Source: Lama glama
Taxonomy: Eukaryota
Assembly: GCA_028534125.1 (NCBI GenBank)
Contig: CM052816.1
Location: 80,602,001-80,666,000, forward strand
Direction of reading: 5' to 3'
DNA length: 64,000 bases
Shown piece by piece: positions 1 to 11,464 of this stretch. Numbering within the stretch: the first letter of the stretch is position 1; every line of letters begins with the position of its first letter. Made by a program: the position numbers and the translations under genes. The notes beneath the pieces are model-generated. The model was not told the origin of the DNA, made no database searches, and worked only from the letters and a program-made list of their open reading frames with translations.

Positions 1-627
1 TGCGCCTAGAGATTTAATCTATTTGATGGGCCATGGGGTGGAACCTCCAAAAGCCGGCATGCCCAGGGTCTGCAAAGATCTTTCATCAATCCTTTCTGTG
101 CAAAGCTGTTCACATGAGTGTTGCCTTGCATAAGTGACCATGTAGACTAAATGCCGATTTTCACAAACAAGCTCTCCTGGCTCTTCAAACAGAGGGCACT
201 GCAAGTGCCAGTGGCTTATCTGTTGCTAAATGAAAAGCAGAGCAAACAGTACTCGTGCGAAGACCCCCATGAGTTCCTGCAAACTGAAAGGAGACAGAGC
301 ATGGATGCTAGGAGACGTTGCTGGTTCACTTATCCTTAGTAATCCCGGGTTACAGTTAAGGTCCAGGGCACTCCTGTGGGGCTAGACACCTGCTGCTTTC
401 GCCTTGACCACCTGCTCTTTTGTCTGGGGACCTCTGCAAGTGCCAACACCTCAGTCCTTCCAGGACATCAGCAGCCTGTTCTTTGCCAGGTTTCCTAGAG
501 AACACACGTGAGCACTTTTTTTTTTAAATTTATTTTATTATTTTTGTCTGAAACAGCTACTCACAGAAAACCAGTTGGGGGCCATGCTGATTCTCTACAT
601 CACATCGGATTTTTTTTAATTATCTAC

Positions 628-1094
628 TGTACTATATTCATTTGCTAGAGCTGCCACAAACTGGGTGTCTTAATGAAATGTGTTGTCTCACCACTCTTTA
701 ACTAGAGGTCCAAGGTCAAGGTGTTAGCAGAGCTGGCTCCTTCTGAGGGCTGTGAAGGAGAATCTCTTCCATGCTTTTCTCCTATCCCTCTGGTGGTTTG
801 CTCACAGTCTTTGGTGTTTCTTGACTTGTAGATGCAACACATTGGTCTCTGCTTTCATCTTCACGTGGCCTTATCTCTACGTGTGTCTCTGTATCCAAAT
901 TTCCCCTTTTTATAAGGACAGTGGACATATTGGATTAGGGCCCAACCTAGTAACCTCATTTTAACTTGACTACCTCTGGGAAGACACAATCTTCAAATAA
1001 GATGACATTCTGAGGTACAAGGGAAGAGGATGAGCAGGGGTAAGGACTCTGATATCTTTTTGGGGGGTAGGGGGACACAGTTCAACTCATAACA
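628..1094 (-). mobile_element. MaLR solo LTR (MLT1C-like)
   Basis: Typical MLT1 motifs: gctagagctgcc, ccaaggtcaaggtgttagcagagctgg, tataaggacagtggacatattggattagggcccaacc, cagttcaactcataaca. Confidence 0.75.
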
Positions 1095-2034
1095 GGTACC
1101 CAAGGTTTGTAGCTTACTTCCAAAATGGCTTTAGTATGAGATCCAATCATTCATTTATAAATCCCCAAGACTATGTATTAAATGTTTTTATGCCCAAAGC
1201 ATTAGCTGTTTCTCTACTTATGCCCTTAGCCCAAACTCTCTAATAAACCCCAACTGTGTTTTTAAGTAAAGTCTCTCTGAGCCAATTGCCAGCTCCCCTC
1301 ACCCACAGTCTCCCCCACAGTGCGCCTCAGGGGGCTTGACTGATTTAGCCCTAGACCTGGTTCTCAGTAGGCTCCCCCGGGAGTCCTTAATCTAGGCGTG
1401 ATGGCATGTGACAGCAAGATAACTCCCAGGGAGGACATTAGCAGATTGACACGCTGTTTGCCTGGTACAGAGCTCCAAATTATAAGCTAAGAGCATAAGA
1501 TAATCATAGCAGAAATTGGTTTTGAGAATCGTGGAACTACCAGTTGAGATGAGTTCTAAGTGTGGTGCCGTGTCTTGCATTTATCTCATTGGAAGGGCTT
1601 CACAGCTCCTAAGGAGATAAACACAGTTGGAAGATGTACTGGAAGAAGCGTGCGCTGAATACAGAACAGCACCGCTTGTTCTGCTGTGACTACGAGAAAA
1701 GGCAACTGGGTTTCTATGCCCGATATACTCGGTAGATAGTTAACACTGTCTCACTGGGCATAGTCTGCCCTACTGCAGAGGAATGGCAGCCATTGATTAT
1801 TGGAAAAGCTCCATGTCTACTGGGTAAGGAAAGCAGATGGATGCCGATGGTCGGTGGATAACATATACAGTCTCCCAGACCCAGGGGTCCATTTATGAAG
1901 TTTTGAGTTGCCATTTAGGAGTGGGGCCAAGAGTTGTAGGTCATCTGCTTTTTCAGGAGAAGTTAAAACTCTGGAGTCATAGTAGGAAATCTGCTCATTT
2001 TCAAGTGTTGACACTAATTCAGTTTTTGTATTTT

Positions 2035-2136
2035 TCTCTTCTTTCTTTATTTTTTTTAATGGAAGTACTGGGGATTGAACTGAGGACCTCGTGCATGCTA
2101 AGCATGCACACTACCACTGAGCTATTTCCCTCCCCC
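2035..2136 (-). mobile_element. Camelid tRNA-derived SINE (vic-1-like) with TSD
   Basis: Reverse strand reads ggggagggaaatagctcagtggtagtgtgcatgcttagcatgcacgaggtcctcagttcaatccccagtac plus an A-rich tail (A- and B-box). TSD cagtttttRtatttt at 2020-2034 and 2137-2151. Confidence 0.9.
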
Positions 2137-2989
2137 CAGTTTTTATATTTTGTTTGTTTACTTGTTTGTTTGAAGGTTGAGCAGACCAAAGAATACACGT
2201 CAGTGGGCCACATTGAGCCCTTAAGTCTGCCACTTTGGAATTCCTGTTCTAGAATAATGTTTTGTTTTAAAAGGTCAAAATCTAATGTATTTTAACTGAA
2301 CAACTACCTAGATAGCTATTATTTACTCCTGCTTTTTTGTTTGTTTGTTTTTAGGCTGAACAAGTTCACAGTGAATAATATTATTTAATACTTGTAATTT
2401 ATAAATTAAAAATAAAAACTTTTATCCATCTCTTAGCCCTAGGAAGTCTGAATTGAAAAAAAAAAATCTAGCAGTAAACCGGTGGGCTATTACGGGTCTC
2501 TGCAGTGTCTTCTAGACATGTGCCTACAACTACTTCACCCAGACAGGTGCTCACCTCACAGCATCCCCCAAGACAGGTCTGTGCATCACTCTGTGCTTCA
2601 CAAGGATGGTAGAAATTGGGGACCCCCATGCCCTTCATAATTATCACTATTATTATTATCAGCATCATTATTATAACAGTGATAATAATAGCTTCCCGTT
2701 CCCAGTTGTCTTCTATATATTATGCACTGTGTTAAGACTGTTGTCTTATGTAACATTCACAGGCACCTTGAAAGGTGAGCATTACTTTCAATTTCTGGAT
2801 GAGGAAGCTGAGGCTTAGTTCCTACCTCATGCATGGGGTTAATAATGGGGTTATAATGGCATGTTGAAGGCTTTAAGCTATTTCTTACAGGTTTCATAAA
2901 AGCTTTTATATCATAATTCACTATGAGGTGGAGGGCACACACCCATATACTTTTGGATTTTTTAAAATGCTTAAAACAAAATTTTTTAA

Positions 2990-3203
2990 TGTACACTACT
3001 AAAAATGTACACTACTCTATATAAAATAGATAACAAGAAACGACTGTATACAGTTGAAAACAGGGAACTGTATTCAATTTCTTATAATAACATATAATAG
3101 AAAGGAATCTGAAAAGAAAAAAAATGTATATGTGTAACTGAAGCACTTTGCTGTACATCTGAAACTAACATTGTAAATCAACTACGCTTCAATTAAAAAA
3201 AAA
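2990..3203 (+). mobile_element. L1 3' end fragment (artiodactyl-type) with poly(A)
   Basis: acactactctatataaaatagataac...cagggaactgtattcaat...tgtaactgaagcactttgctgtacatctgaaactaacattgtaaatcaactac...caattaaaaaaaa. Confidence 0.85.
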
Positions 3204-5585
3204 TGTAAAGTTGTCCAGTAAAGTCTATGGGTATTAGAGACATGACAAATCAAAATAAACAATCAGGAAAAGGAAATGAAGAAAAAGAAAAGAAAAGTAA
3301 ATCAAAAGGTTTCCTACTATGTAACTGTCCACTCTGACATTTTTTGGAAAGAAAATCCCAAAGGGAGTGGGGTACACCTGCTGCTTGAGAACAGTTGGTG
3401 GCAGCGTTGGCGGGGTCCTCACTGATGAATCAGCTCTCGAAACCAAGCTTTCCTGAGGCAGTCAGCGTGGAGGTGCGTTCAGACGTAGTACATGGAGGAT
3501 TATTTGGCTAGCCTGATCAGTTTTTGCAGAGTGGAGATTTGAAGAACCAAGGGGTTTGGATTAGTACGTAAGTGGAGAAGTGACTCAGGATGACTAAAAT
3601 GGATGGAGCATAAAGTATCTTTAGGCACAAGAAGAGTAGAAATATTGTGATAAGCCAGGAAAAGAAGTATCCTCAGCCTGCCCTTTCCAGGCTCCAAGGT
3701 GCAGTGAAGAGACCGTTTTCTGCCCGGTGGGCTCTGAGACCTTTAGTTTTGTAGTCTCCAGTTGGTTGGAAATGAGTGTGCACTTCTTGGTCTGTGAAGC
3801 ACTCTTCCCACCAAAAATTAATATTAGTATATATAAAAAAAACTTGGAAGTTCAGTCTGAGAGTTGAGTGTTGACATCTTAAACCCACAGCTTCATTGGT
3901 CGCCCCCAAATCTGCTGTCGGACATTCCCTGAGCTGCACAGCCTCCTTGTGCTTACGAGTGTCTCCTGCTTTTAAAGGCACTGGTTTTACAGACCATCAC
4001 GGATCCATGAGTGACTGTGCTTGACTGGAATGAAATAAAATGGGAGTCTTCTCCAAAAGTATTATTTCCTTATACAGAGGAAATTGAAAATAGGACTTGA
4101 GAAGGCAAGAAATTTAAGCCAAAAAATGGAAAAATTGGAGAATTTTCCCATTCCTGATTTTGTTCCAGGTAAAATAATCACATAATAAATATGTAGTCAG
4201 TGGTCACTGTGTCCTAAGAACCATCCTGGAATTCTATTATGAACAAGAAAAGAGTTTTTGCCTTGGATAACTTTTCAGGAATCAGGAGTTTGGTCAAGTC
4301 AGTAAGTGATTTCAGCAGATAAACTGCGGGTCCACTGTGCTGTGCTAGGTTTTGTGGGAGACACGGAATAAATCTGATTCTTACTCTGAAGCTGACTTGC
4401 AGCCTTTCAAATGGGTCTCTGGGTCTCAGTTTCCCCTCTTGTGAAAGAAGGAATAGTAATTCCAGCCTTGTAAATCTCACAGCCCCATACCCCTCACAGG
4501 GCTGACACTTACAGGGGACTACCCAGAATAATGGCTGGGAAGCCCTTTGAAACCTAGGAAGCATTGTGTGGTCCCTGTCTTCAAGAAACCTGCTTTGAGG
4601 TTAGAGATATAAGACAGACAAATATGAAACAGCCAGTACAGACCGGGATGGTCTATGTTCAAGAGCCAGCTGTTTGATGGATAACTTAAAATATCATTGG
4701 AAACGTAAGCTAAAAAGGAGCAATTTAGTAAGAATATGGATTTCTCAATGTATCTAGACATTTAGTGTTCTGTAAACTATGTGGTTGCAGCTGCTGAGAC
4801 TTGAAATAAATATTCTTTACCATGAATGCTGAGGGAGGACTGTCCTGTTAGGATCTTCCCCTCACCAAAGGCAATCTAGCTGCCTGCGCCTTGTATGCCC
4901 TACAGAAGAATGTGGATGGAACATTGGAGAGGGGCACCTGCCGTGGCCCTGTGTATCCATCAGCACTGTGCTACAGGACTCAGCTACCTGGAAAGAGTAT
5001 TTCCCCACCTTTGATTAACTACCTGCCTTTGAATTTCAGAAAAAGACCTGGATCTCTGTACATGAGTGAGTACAGTGATTTTTTAGCTTTCAACCTGAGT
5101 CTACCTGACACAGGCAAAAAAATGGGGCTCTGGTGTCTGGGTGAGACTATGTGAGTCATAATGGGTAAGGAAAGGCTCATAATTAACAGATTCCAGTGAC
5201 TATAAATAGTTTATATTAATTTAGAAGCATCAAAACCCTAGGAAAGATATTACTATCTCTTTAAAAAAATTAGGTGATCTGTTTAAATCGCTGCACTCTT
5301 CATGGATCCACTATTCAGCATTCATAGCCCAGTCTTCAATTTTACTATGTTATTTTTGGCATTTTCAGTTTGTTATGGGTGGATGGTTGGCCCAGAGTCC
5401 CAGCTGGTCTCCAGAAGACACATATTTCCATGGGACTCTAAAGGAGCACAAAAATCAAATATGAAGATAGAAAACAATTTTAGCCACAGTTCAGCTTCCA
5501 TTGCACCTGTCCTGATTTGTCGTAAACCTTAGCATGAGAACTAACACATCTTTCCCACTAGACTAACAGCATCTCTCTTTTCCAG

Positions 5586-6719
5586 TGTTCTGTTTCCTGT
5601 GGTGGTGGAGTGAGGATTCGCAGTGTCACATGTGCCAAGAATCATGATGAGCCTTGTGACGTGACAAGGAGACCCAATAGCCGAGCTCTCTGTGGCCTCC
5701 AGCAGTGCCCGTCTAGCCGGAGAATTCTGAAACCCAACAAAGGCACAATTTCCAATGGGAAAAAGCTACCAACACCTGACCCCTTCAAGCCCATCCCTCC
5801 AACTACGCCCACTCCCAGGATGCTGACCACACCCAGCCCTGGGATGCTGACCACACCCACCGTGCCTGGGTCTGTGAGCACAAGTACTCTGGCGATCAGC
5901 AGCCCTGGTCCTACCACAGCTTCCGAAGAAGTCGACCTGGATGGGAAACAGTGGCAGAATAGTTCAACTCAAAGTGAACCAGACTCCTATGATGTCATTT
6001 CCATTGGAAGTACTTCCCAGCCCATCGTCACTTCCCAGTCTGCGAGTATCCAGCCAAATGAAGAGAACGTTTCCAATCCAGACACCGGCCCTACCTCAGA
6101 GGGAGACCTTTTAGCCATGACAGTGAGTGGTTCTGATTTATCAACTTCCAGCAACCCTGTGACTTGGCAGGTGACTCCATTTTACAATCCCTTGACCAAA
6201 GAACCAGAAATGGAGATTCATAGTGGCTCAGGGGAAGACAGTGAACAACCTGAGAACAAAAATGAAAACAACTCTGTGACATGGACCAAGATCAGAGTAG
6301 CCGGAAATGATGTTTCAGTGGAAAGAAGTACAGACATGCCACTTGGACCTCCGCCAACGCCTTATCTTAGGGGGGCATCCTTGTGGCCACCCTTCAGCAC
6401 AGTGTCAGAAGGACTGCTCGCCACCCAAAGGCCCTCCACTCTCAAAAGTGATGCACCCAGAGCTGAGGGGATGGTCACTGAAAAGCCAACTAACCCTCTG
6501 GGAGGAGATCGCCAGCCAGCATCCTCAGAAAAGTCAGTAAACCATCACCCCCCAGAACTTTCAAGCAACATGAATCTAACACAGAGTTCTGGACCAGTTT
6601 TGACTGAGGAAGATGCAACAAGTCTGATTGCTGAGGGGTTTTTGCTGAATGTCTCCAATTACAAGCCACTCTCCACAGGCCACAGTCCTGCCCAGTGGAT
6701 TGTTGGAAACTGGAGTGAG
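5586..6719 (+). CDS. ADAMTS12: ADAMTS12 large internal exon (exon 19 in human numbering): C-terminal half of a TSP1 repeat, Ser/Thr/Pro-rich mucin-like spacer, start of the next TSP1 repeat
   Basis: Acceptor tctctcttttccag|TGT at 5585/5586 and donor GAG|gtagga at 6719/6720; 1134 nt = 378 codons, phase 0/0. Translation [46 protein letters not shown]...[20 protein letters not shown]...QWIVGNWSE, recognised as ADAMTS12. Overlaps track ORF 5610..6749. Confidence 0.97.
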
Positions 6720-8205
6720 GTAGGAGTTCCATTTCTTACCCATGCCTGATTCTTTATGGAAATTAGCGCAGGTATTATAGTGCAAATTTCAAAGTGGGCT
6801 TGTAGAAAACATAGTCTACTGTGGCAAAAAGGCAAGGCAGTCTGGTCCATGCCCTCACCTCCCTGTCTCCCTGTTTCCTCTCCCAAAACTCCTAAATAGA
6901 GAAAAAAAAAATCTCCAGGGAAGGAGAGCAAGTGTAGTGAGATATAGTGAAAAGAATCTGGAGCTAAATCAGGAGGCCTGGGTCAGCCAGCTGAGTGATA
7001 GTGGAGAATTCAGTCTGTCCCTCTGAGCCCACTTTTTACCTACAGAACAAGGAAGCTGGTATAGGTCATCTCTCCTCTTTAATGTCCCTTCCAGTTACAA
7101 ACTAACGATCCTATAATGAGGGACACTGAAAAGATGTGAGTTCACATCTCATTCAGAAAGCCACTACTGAGACACTGATTTAAACCTGTCAACTAATCAC
7201 AAATGGAATGGAAATCTAAGAAAGAATTCTTAAGAGTTCTATAGCTCACTGTATCAATGATTTCTTTTTGGATTCAGTGTTTGCTTGTATTAAAAAGTTT
7301 TATTTTGGCTCATTAAAAGGATTAGACAATAGAGAAGGAGATAAACATGAGGACAAAATGTTGGCCCCTGTTTTCAGGCTTCAGGAATTTGGCTAGATAT
7401 TTGTTTTTCCATCTCTCGAACTAATTACATCCTTTGAAGCATCAAAATCACTTCTCACCCCCTTGAATTTTGAATGCACAGTATATGAACCTGTTAAAAA
7501 TAATTTGACAACTCAAAAGAGGACTTTGTGGCAAAGTAATGACACGTTCAGATCATTCCATGTTTTTTTAGGACAATGCATGACTCATCTCCCCAGCTAA
7601 AGAGAAGTATTAGCAGCTAATATAAAAATAACAATGTGTTTAATTTATAAAGTGTGTTCATTTCCGTATCACTTTCCTGTGTAGTCTTTTATTTTCTCCT
7701 TTTGACAGTCTGGGGAGCAGGTAGGGTCTCATTTATACCAACTTACAAATAGAGAAACTAAGATTTTTAACAGTTAAGTGACTTGTCTACAGACATGTCA
7801 GTTGCATGATGAACCTTCTGACTCCTTTCACTCTAATCTGCTGTTTCTCTAGTGAATTTTGGCACCAACTGACAACTTTGCTGTATAAAATTCTTTTGTC
7901 TGAATTAATCAATCTCGTTGGTCATGGAATTAAATATACTGGCAATAAATAGGTGAATACAAACTTCAAAAAATGTTTGTTCGTATTCGAACTATGTTTT
8001 CACATTGATTTATTTCGCTTTCTAAAGCGAAATCACATTCATTACATTTTCTGTCAGTGGAGGGGCATCTTATTATCTCCATTTGCACGTAGAGAATCCA
8101 GGTTCAGGAGGGGAAAAAAGTTTCATGCTTAGAATAATCCAGTTTGTAGAAAGAATGAGAGGGATGGGTGTTATCATTTGACTTTGATAGAAATAAGCTG
8201 TCTCA

Positions 8206-8333
8206 GGGGGAGGAGAGCAAGTGGTGGAGCACATGCTTAGCGTACATGAGGTCCTGGGTTCAATCCCAGTACCTCCTCTAAACAAATAAATTAAATAAAT
8301 TACTCCCCAAACCAAAACAAAAACCCAAAAAGC
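8206..8333 (+). mobile_element. Camelid tRNA-derived SINE (vic-1-like)
   Basis: gggggaggagagcaagtggtggagcacatgcttagcgtacatgaggtcctgggttcaatcccagtacctcc followed by an aaataaa tail. Confidence 0.88.
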
Positions 8334-8403
8334 GAAAGAAAGAGAGAAAGAGAGAAAGAGAGAAAGAGAGAAAGAAAGAAAGAAAGAAAGAGAAAGAAAG
8401 AAA

Positions 8404-8492
<89 letters not shown>

Positions 8493-8494
8493 AA
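8334..8494 (+). repeat. (GAAA)n/(GAGAAA)n compound microsatellite grown from the SINE tail
   Basis: About 160 bp of pure purine; explains the low-complexity ORFs 8073..8549 and 8300..8515. Confidence 0.97.
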
Positions 8495-9924
8495 TTGTCT
8501 TGTTGAACACATCATAATTCACCCAAAATTTGGCAACCATTGGAGCCACTGAGAGCTATTAATTCTAGGCAGATTGTCTGGAAAAGGGGAATTGGCCCAG
8601 ACTGCAGAGGCTTTTAAAACTGCAAGAACATTACGAGGACAGAGTTCCCCATTTGGCCAGAGTCCCCTTCATGACAAGGCTTGGCACCTTCTGCCTTTGT
8701 GCATCGTTTGAGACAAAATGTTCAATACACAGAATTGTCGGAGAGGATCAGGATCCAGAATGAAAACCTGGGGTTTTCAGTTTCCCAATGTCCCCTGATT
8801 TTCTTTATTGTACCCATTTCTGAAGTTATTTCTTTAGGATTGTCCCTCCCTATAACGGCGTGACTGGCTTCTCAATCACTGCATCTTAGGAACCCTAGAA
8901 TCCCTGCTAGTATCAATCTTCCCTTGTCCTCCTGGAAAAACCCTAATGGTTTTTCAAGTCAGTGTCATCACATCATTTCTGTCATCTCCTCTTTATTTCC
9001 TGTTAGTTTAGTTTCGGCAGTTTCCAATCTAATGGTCAGAGGCATCTGGAAAAGGTTGTTTCCAGATTTCCAGATGTCTCCCACCATTGTTTACTACAAT
9101 GTTGGGGGGAGAGGGCTGCTGCCAGCATTCCATGTCTGAGAGCCAAAGATCATGAGAGTCCTGTGACACTCAGGGAGGCCCCTGATGAGGAAGTGTTACC
9201 CACCCAACATGCCAGTAGTGCCCCAGAGGTCAAGAGTGGTGGACCCTCGGTTACTACTCTTGTTAGAACACCTGCCCTTGCCGGTCTGAGCCCTTCCAGT
9301 CTCTCCCCTGCCCAGTGCTTTCCACTCATCATGCCAAGAGATGTAAGACTGCCATATTTCCCTTCCAGAAGGAATTTTCTAATCATTCCAAACTTCTGAT
9401 CACAAATCTTTAATGTACTTTCATTACATATCACATCAGATGAGATCCACTCTAATATCCAACAGCCATCACAACCCGGCATAATCTAGCTTTCAACATT
9501 ACTGCCTCCCACCTTGCTTCATCCAACTGAAGCTTCAGCAAATCTAAACTGCTCAGATTCCTCTAAACCGTCTGCTCCTCTCGGTCCAGTGCCTTTGTTT
9601 ATGCTGTTTCCTCTGCCTGGAATTTCTTTCTCCTTCTCCTTTGTCCCTTTAAATCCTGCCTGTTCTTCAGTGTCCAGCTTTGAGCTGCTTCTTCCATAAG
9701 CCTTTCCTACTCTTTCAGATTGGAAGTAATTTCTAAAGTTACTTAGCATTTGACCTGAAAGCTCTCTCGTGGTGCCCTCCCACTTTCTGTCCTGTGTGAA
9801 GAGCTGTGCATGTCCCCCAGCGTCCCCATCATGTTCCCTCTCACTGCTTGTGAGTTCAAACATTAAAGAACTCGTATAAAAACCAAGTTAACATTGTAAA
9901 CTTGACATGTAGACATAAAGCTTG

Positions 9925-10118
9925 AAAGCAGAAGCTCTGGGTTTGCATATTGGCTCAATCACAGACTGTACGTCCTCACTGCACCCATTTCCTTATCTAT
10001 AAAATGAGGGTGATGACGCTGCCCGATTCATGAGATTGTTAGGAGATGAAAGGAACAGCTCTGTGTAAGGTGCTCAGAAGAGTGTCAGGCACGTAGGAAG
10101 CACTCGGTAAGTATTTGC
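9925..10118 (+). mobile_element. MIR SINE remnant
   Basis: Core ccatttccttatctataaaatgagg...gagattgttaggagatgaaa...tgtaaggtgctcagaagagtgtcaggcacgtaggaagcactcggtaagtatt. Confidence 0.7.
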
Positions 10119-11067
10119 TTTGATATCTGTTTGTAGAACAGAAAACTTAGGTGCTTGATGGCGTGCATAGGTGGGGATCTCATTTTGACCGAAAATCACA
10201 TATCAACAAATTGCTTCATCATTCAGTCAGATCCCCTGGGCCAGTTCAATGCATGCTATGCAGTTGTGTAGATGGAAGTGACAGTATAATTTTCCACAGC
10301 CTTTCACAGCAGCTTCCACGCAATTCTGCTGCAGCCCTGCGCATCAGTTCCAGTTCTGAACACCCTGAAACCTGCTCCTTGACCTGGTAAATCAGTTGTC
10401 ACAGGGTCACTAGCTGTGATGAGGGAGGTTTCTGGGACAAAGTGAAGTTGTCCCTCAGCCTTCTCAGGGTCCTCCTGTCTTCTCTGATCCCCCACTCCGA
10501 ATTTTAAACTAATACAAGGGACAGTCAGTGGAATCCCATTTCACTGACTGCATTCCATGGACTTCCTCCTGTCAGCTTTACCTCTGGACCCTGACTGGCT
10601 GCCTGAATAGAAATTGTCAAAAAGGAATTAAACAAATGTCTGCTCACAACATCTGAATCTAAGAGGACTAGATTCAGAGCCCCAGAGACAACGTGTGTAT
10701 TTGCAACATAAATATGGTACAAAAAGAACTATAGATAAACATCACTTGAGGTTTACCAGGTTCATCACTGGCCTGGTCATTTGGTCTCACTAACTCCTTT
10801 CCTGGGCTTGAACAAATGTCATGTTTTTCTCCATGTCATGATGTGAAATTAACATCATACTGTCTGTGTGACCTTGGGCCTGACTTCTAAACTCTCTGAG
10901 CCCCAGAGATCTGGAAATGGGACTTATAATACTGACCTTGAAGATGTGTTGTGTTTAATAGGTACCATTTTTAGAGCACTCGCTTTGTGCATGAATTACC
11001 TCTGTTGTTCTCACAGCATTTAATAGATGAGGCACTGGGTTTTCCTCTTACAAAGAAATCAGGAATC

Positions 11068-11228
11068 CGCAACCCTGGCTGCTTATTAGAATCACCTGGC
11101 AAGGTTTTAAAATACCCAGGCCTGAGCCCTGCCCGCAGCCGTTCCAGTTAATTTCTTTGGGGTGGGGCGCCAGCACTGGCACGTTTTTAAAGCTCTGCAG
11201 GCAGTTTTAGTGGGTAGCTGAGACTGAG
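11068..11228. mobile_element. MER5-like hAT-Charlie MITE
   Basis: caaccctggctgcttattagaatcacctggcaaggttttaaaatacccaggcc...gtttttaaagctctgcaggcagtttta...gctgagac. Confidence 0.65.
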
Positions 11229-11311
11229 GACCCCTGACTCGGGGGTGTCTTGGCGTGTGCCGGAGAAAGTGGCCCTGAGCCTCTGTCTTCTGTCTCCTCC
11301 TCCCCCGGCAG

Positions 11312-11464
11312 TGCTCTACCACGTGCGGGCTGGGGGCCTACTGGCGCAGCGTGCGGTGCAGCACCCACCAGGACTCAGACTGTGCCGCCCTTCAGAGGCC
11401 GGACCCGGCTAAGAGATGCCACCTCCGTCCCTGTGCCGGCTGGAAAGTGGGGAACTGGAGCAAG
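11312..11464 (+). CDS. ADAMTS12: ADAMTS12 exon 20, TSP1 repeat
   Basis: Acceptor ctcctcctcccccggcag|TGC, donor AAG|gtaatt; 153 nt. [51 protein letters not shown]. This frame is absent from the ORF track. Confidence 0.96.

Noticed and set aside
2035..2136. tRNA gene (A- and B-box motifs; also at 8206)
   Set aside because: Has an A-rich tail and TSD and lacks a complete cloverleaf/acceptor stem, so it is a tRNA-derived SINE.
1837..2295. 152 aa ORF
   Set aside because: Runs through an antisense SINE (EVLGIELRTSCMLSMHTTTEL); no recognisable domain.
6720..6749. ORF 5610..6749 as a stand-alone 379 aa gene ending VGVPFLTHA*
   Set aside because: It is exon 19 plus read-through into the intron. The GTG 'start' is an internal Val, and a canonical donor at 6720 continues the TSP1 repeat into 11312.
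8073..8549. 158 aa and 71 aa Phe/Leu/Ser-rich minus-strand ORFs
   Set aside because: Translation of the (TTTC)n microsatellite and the SINE.
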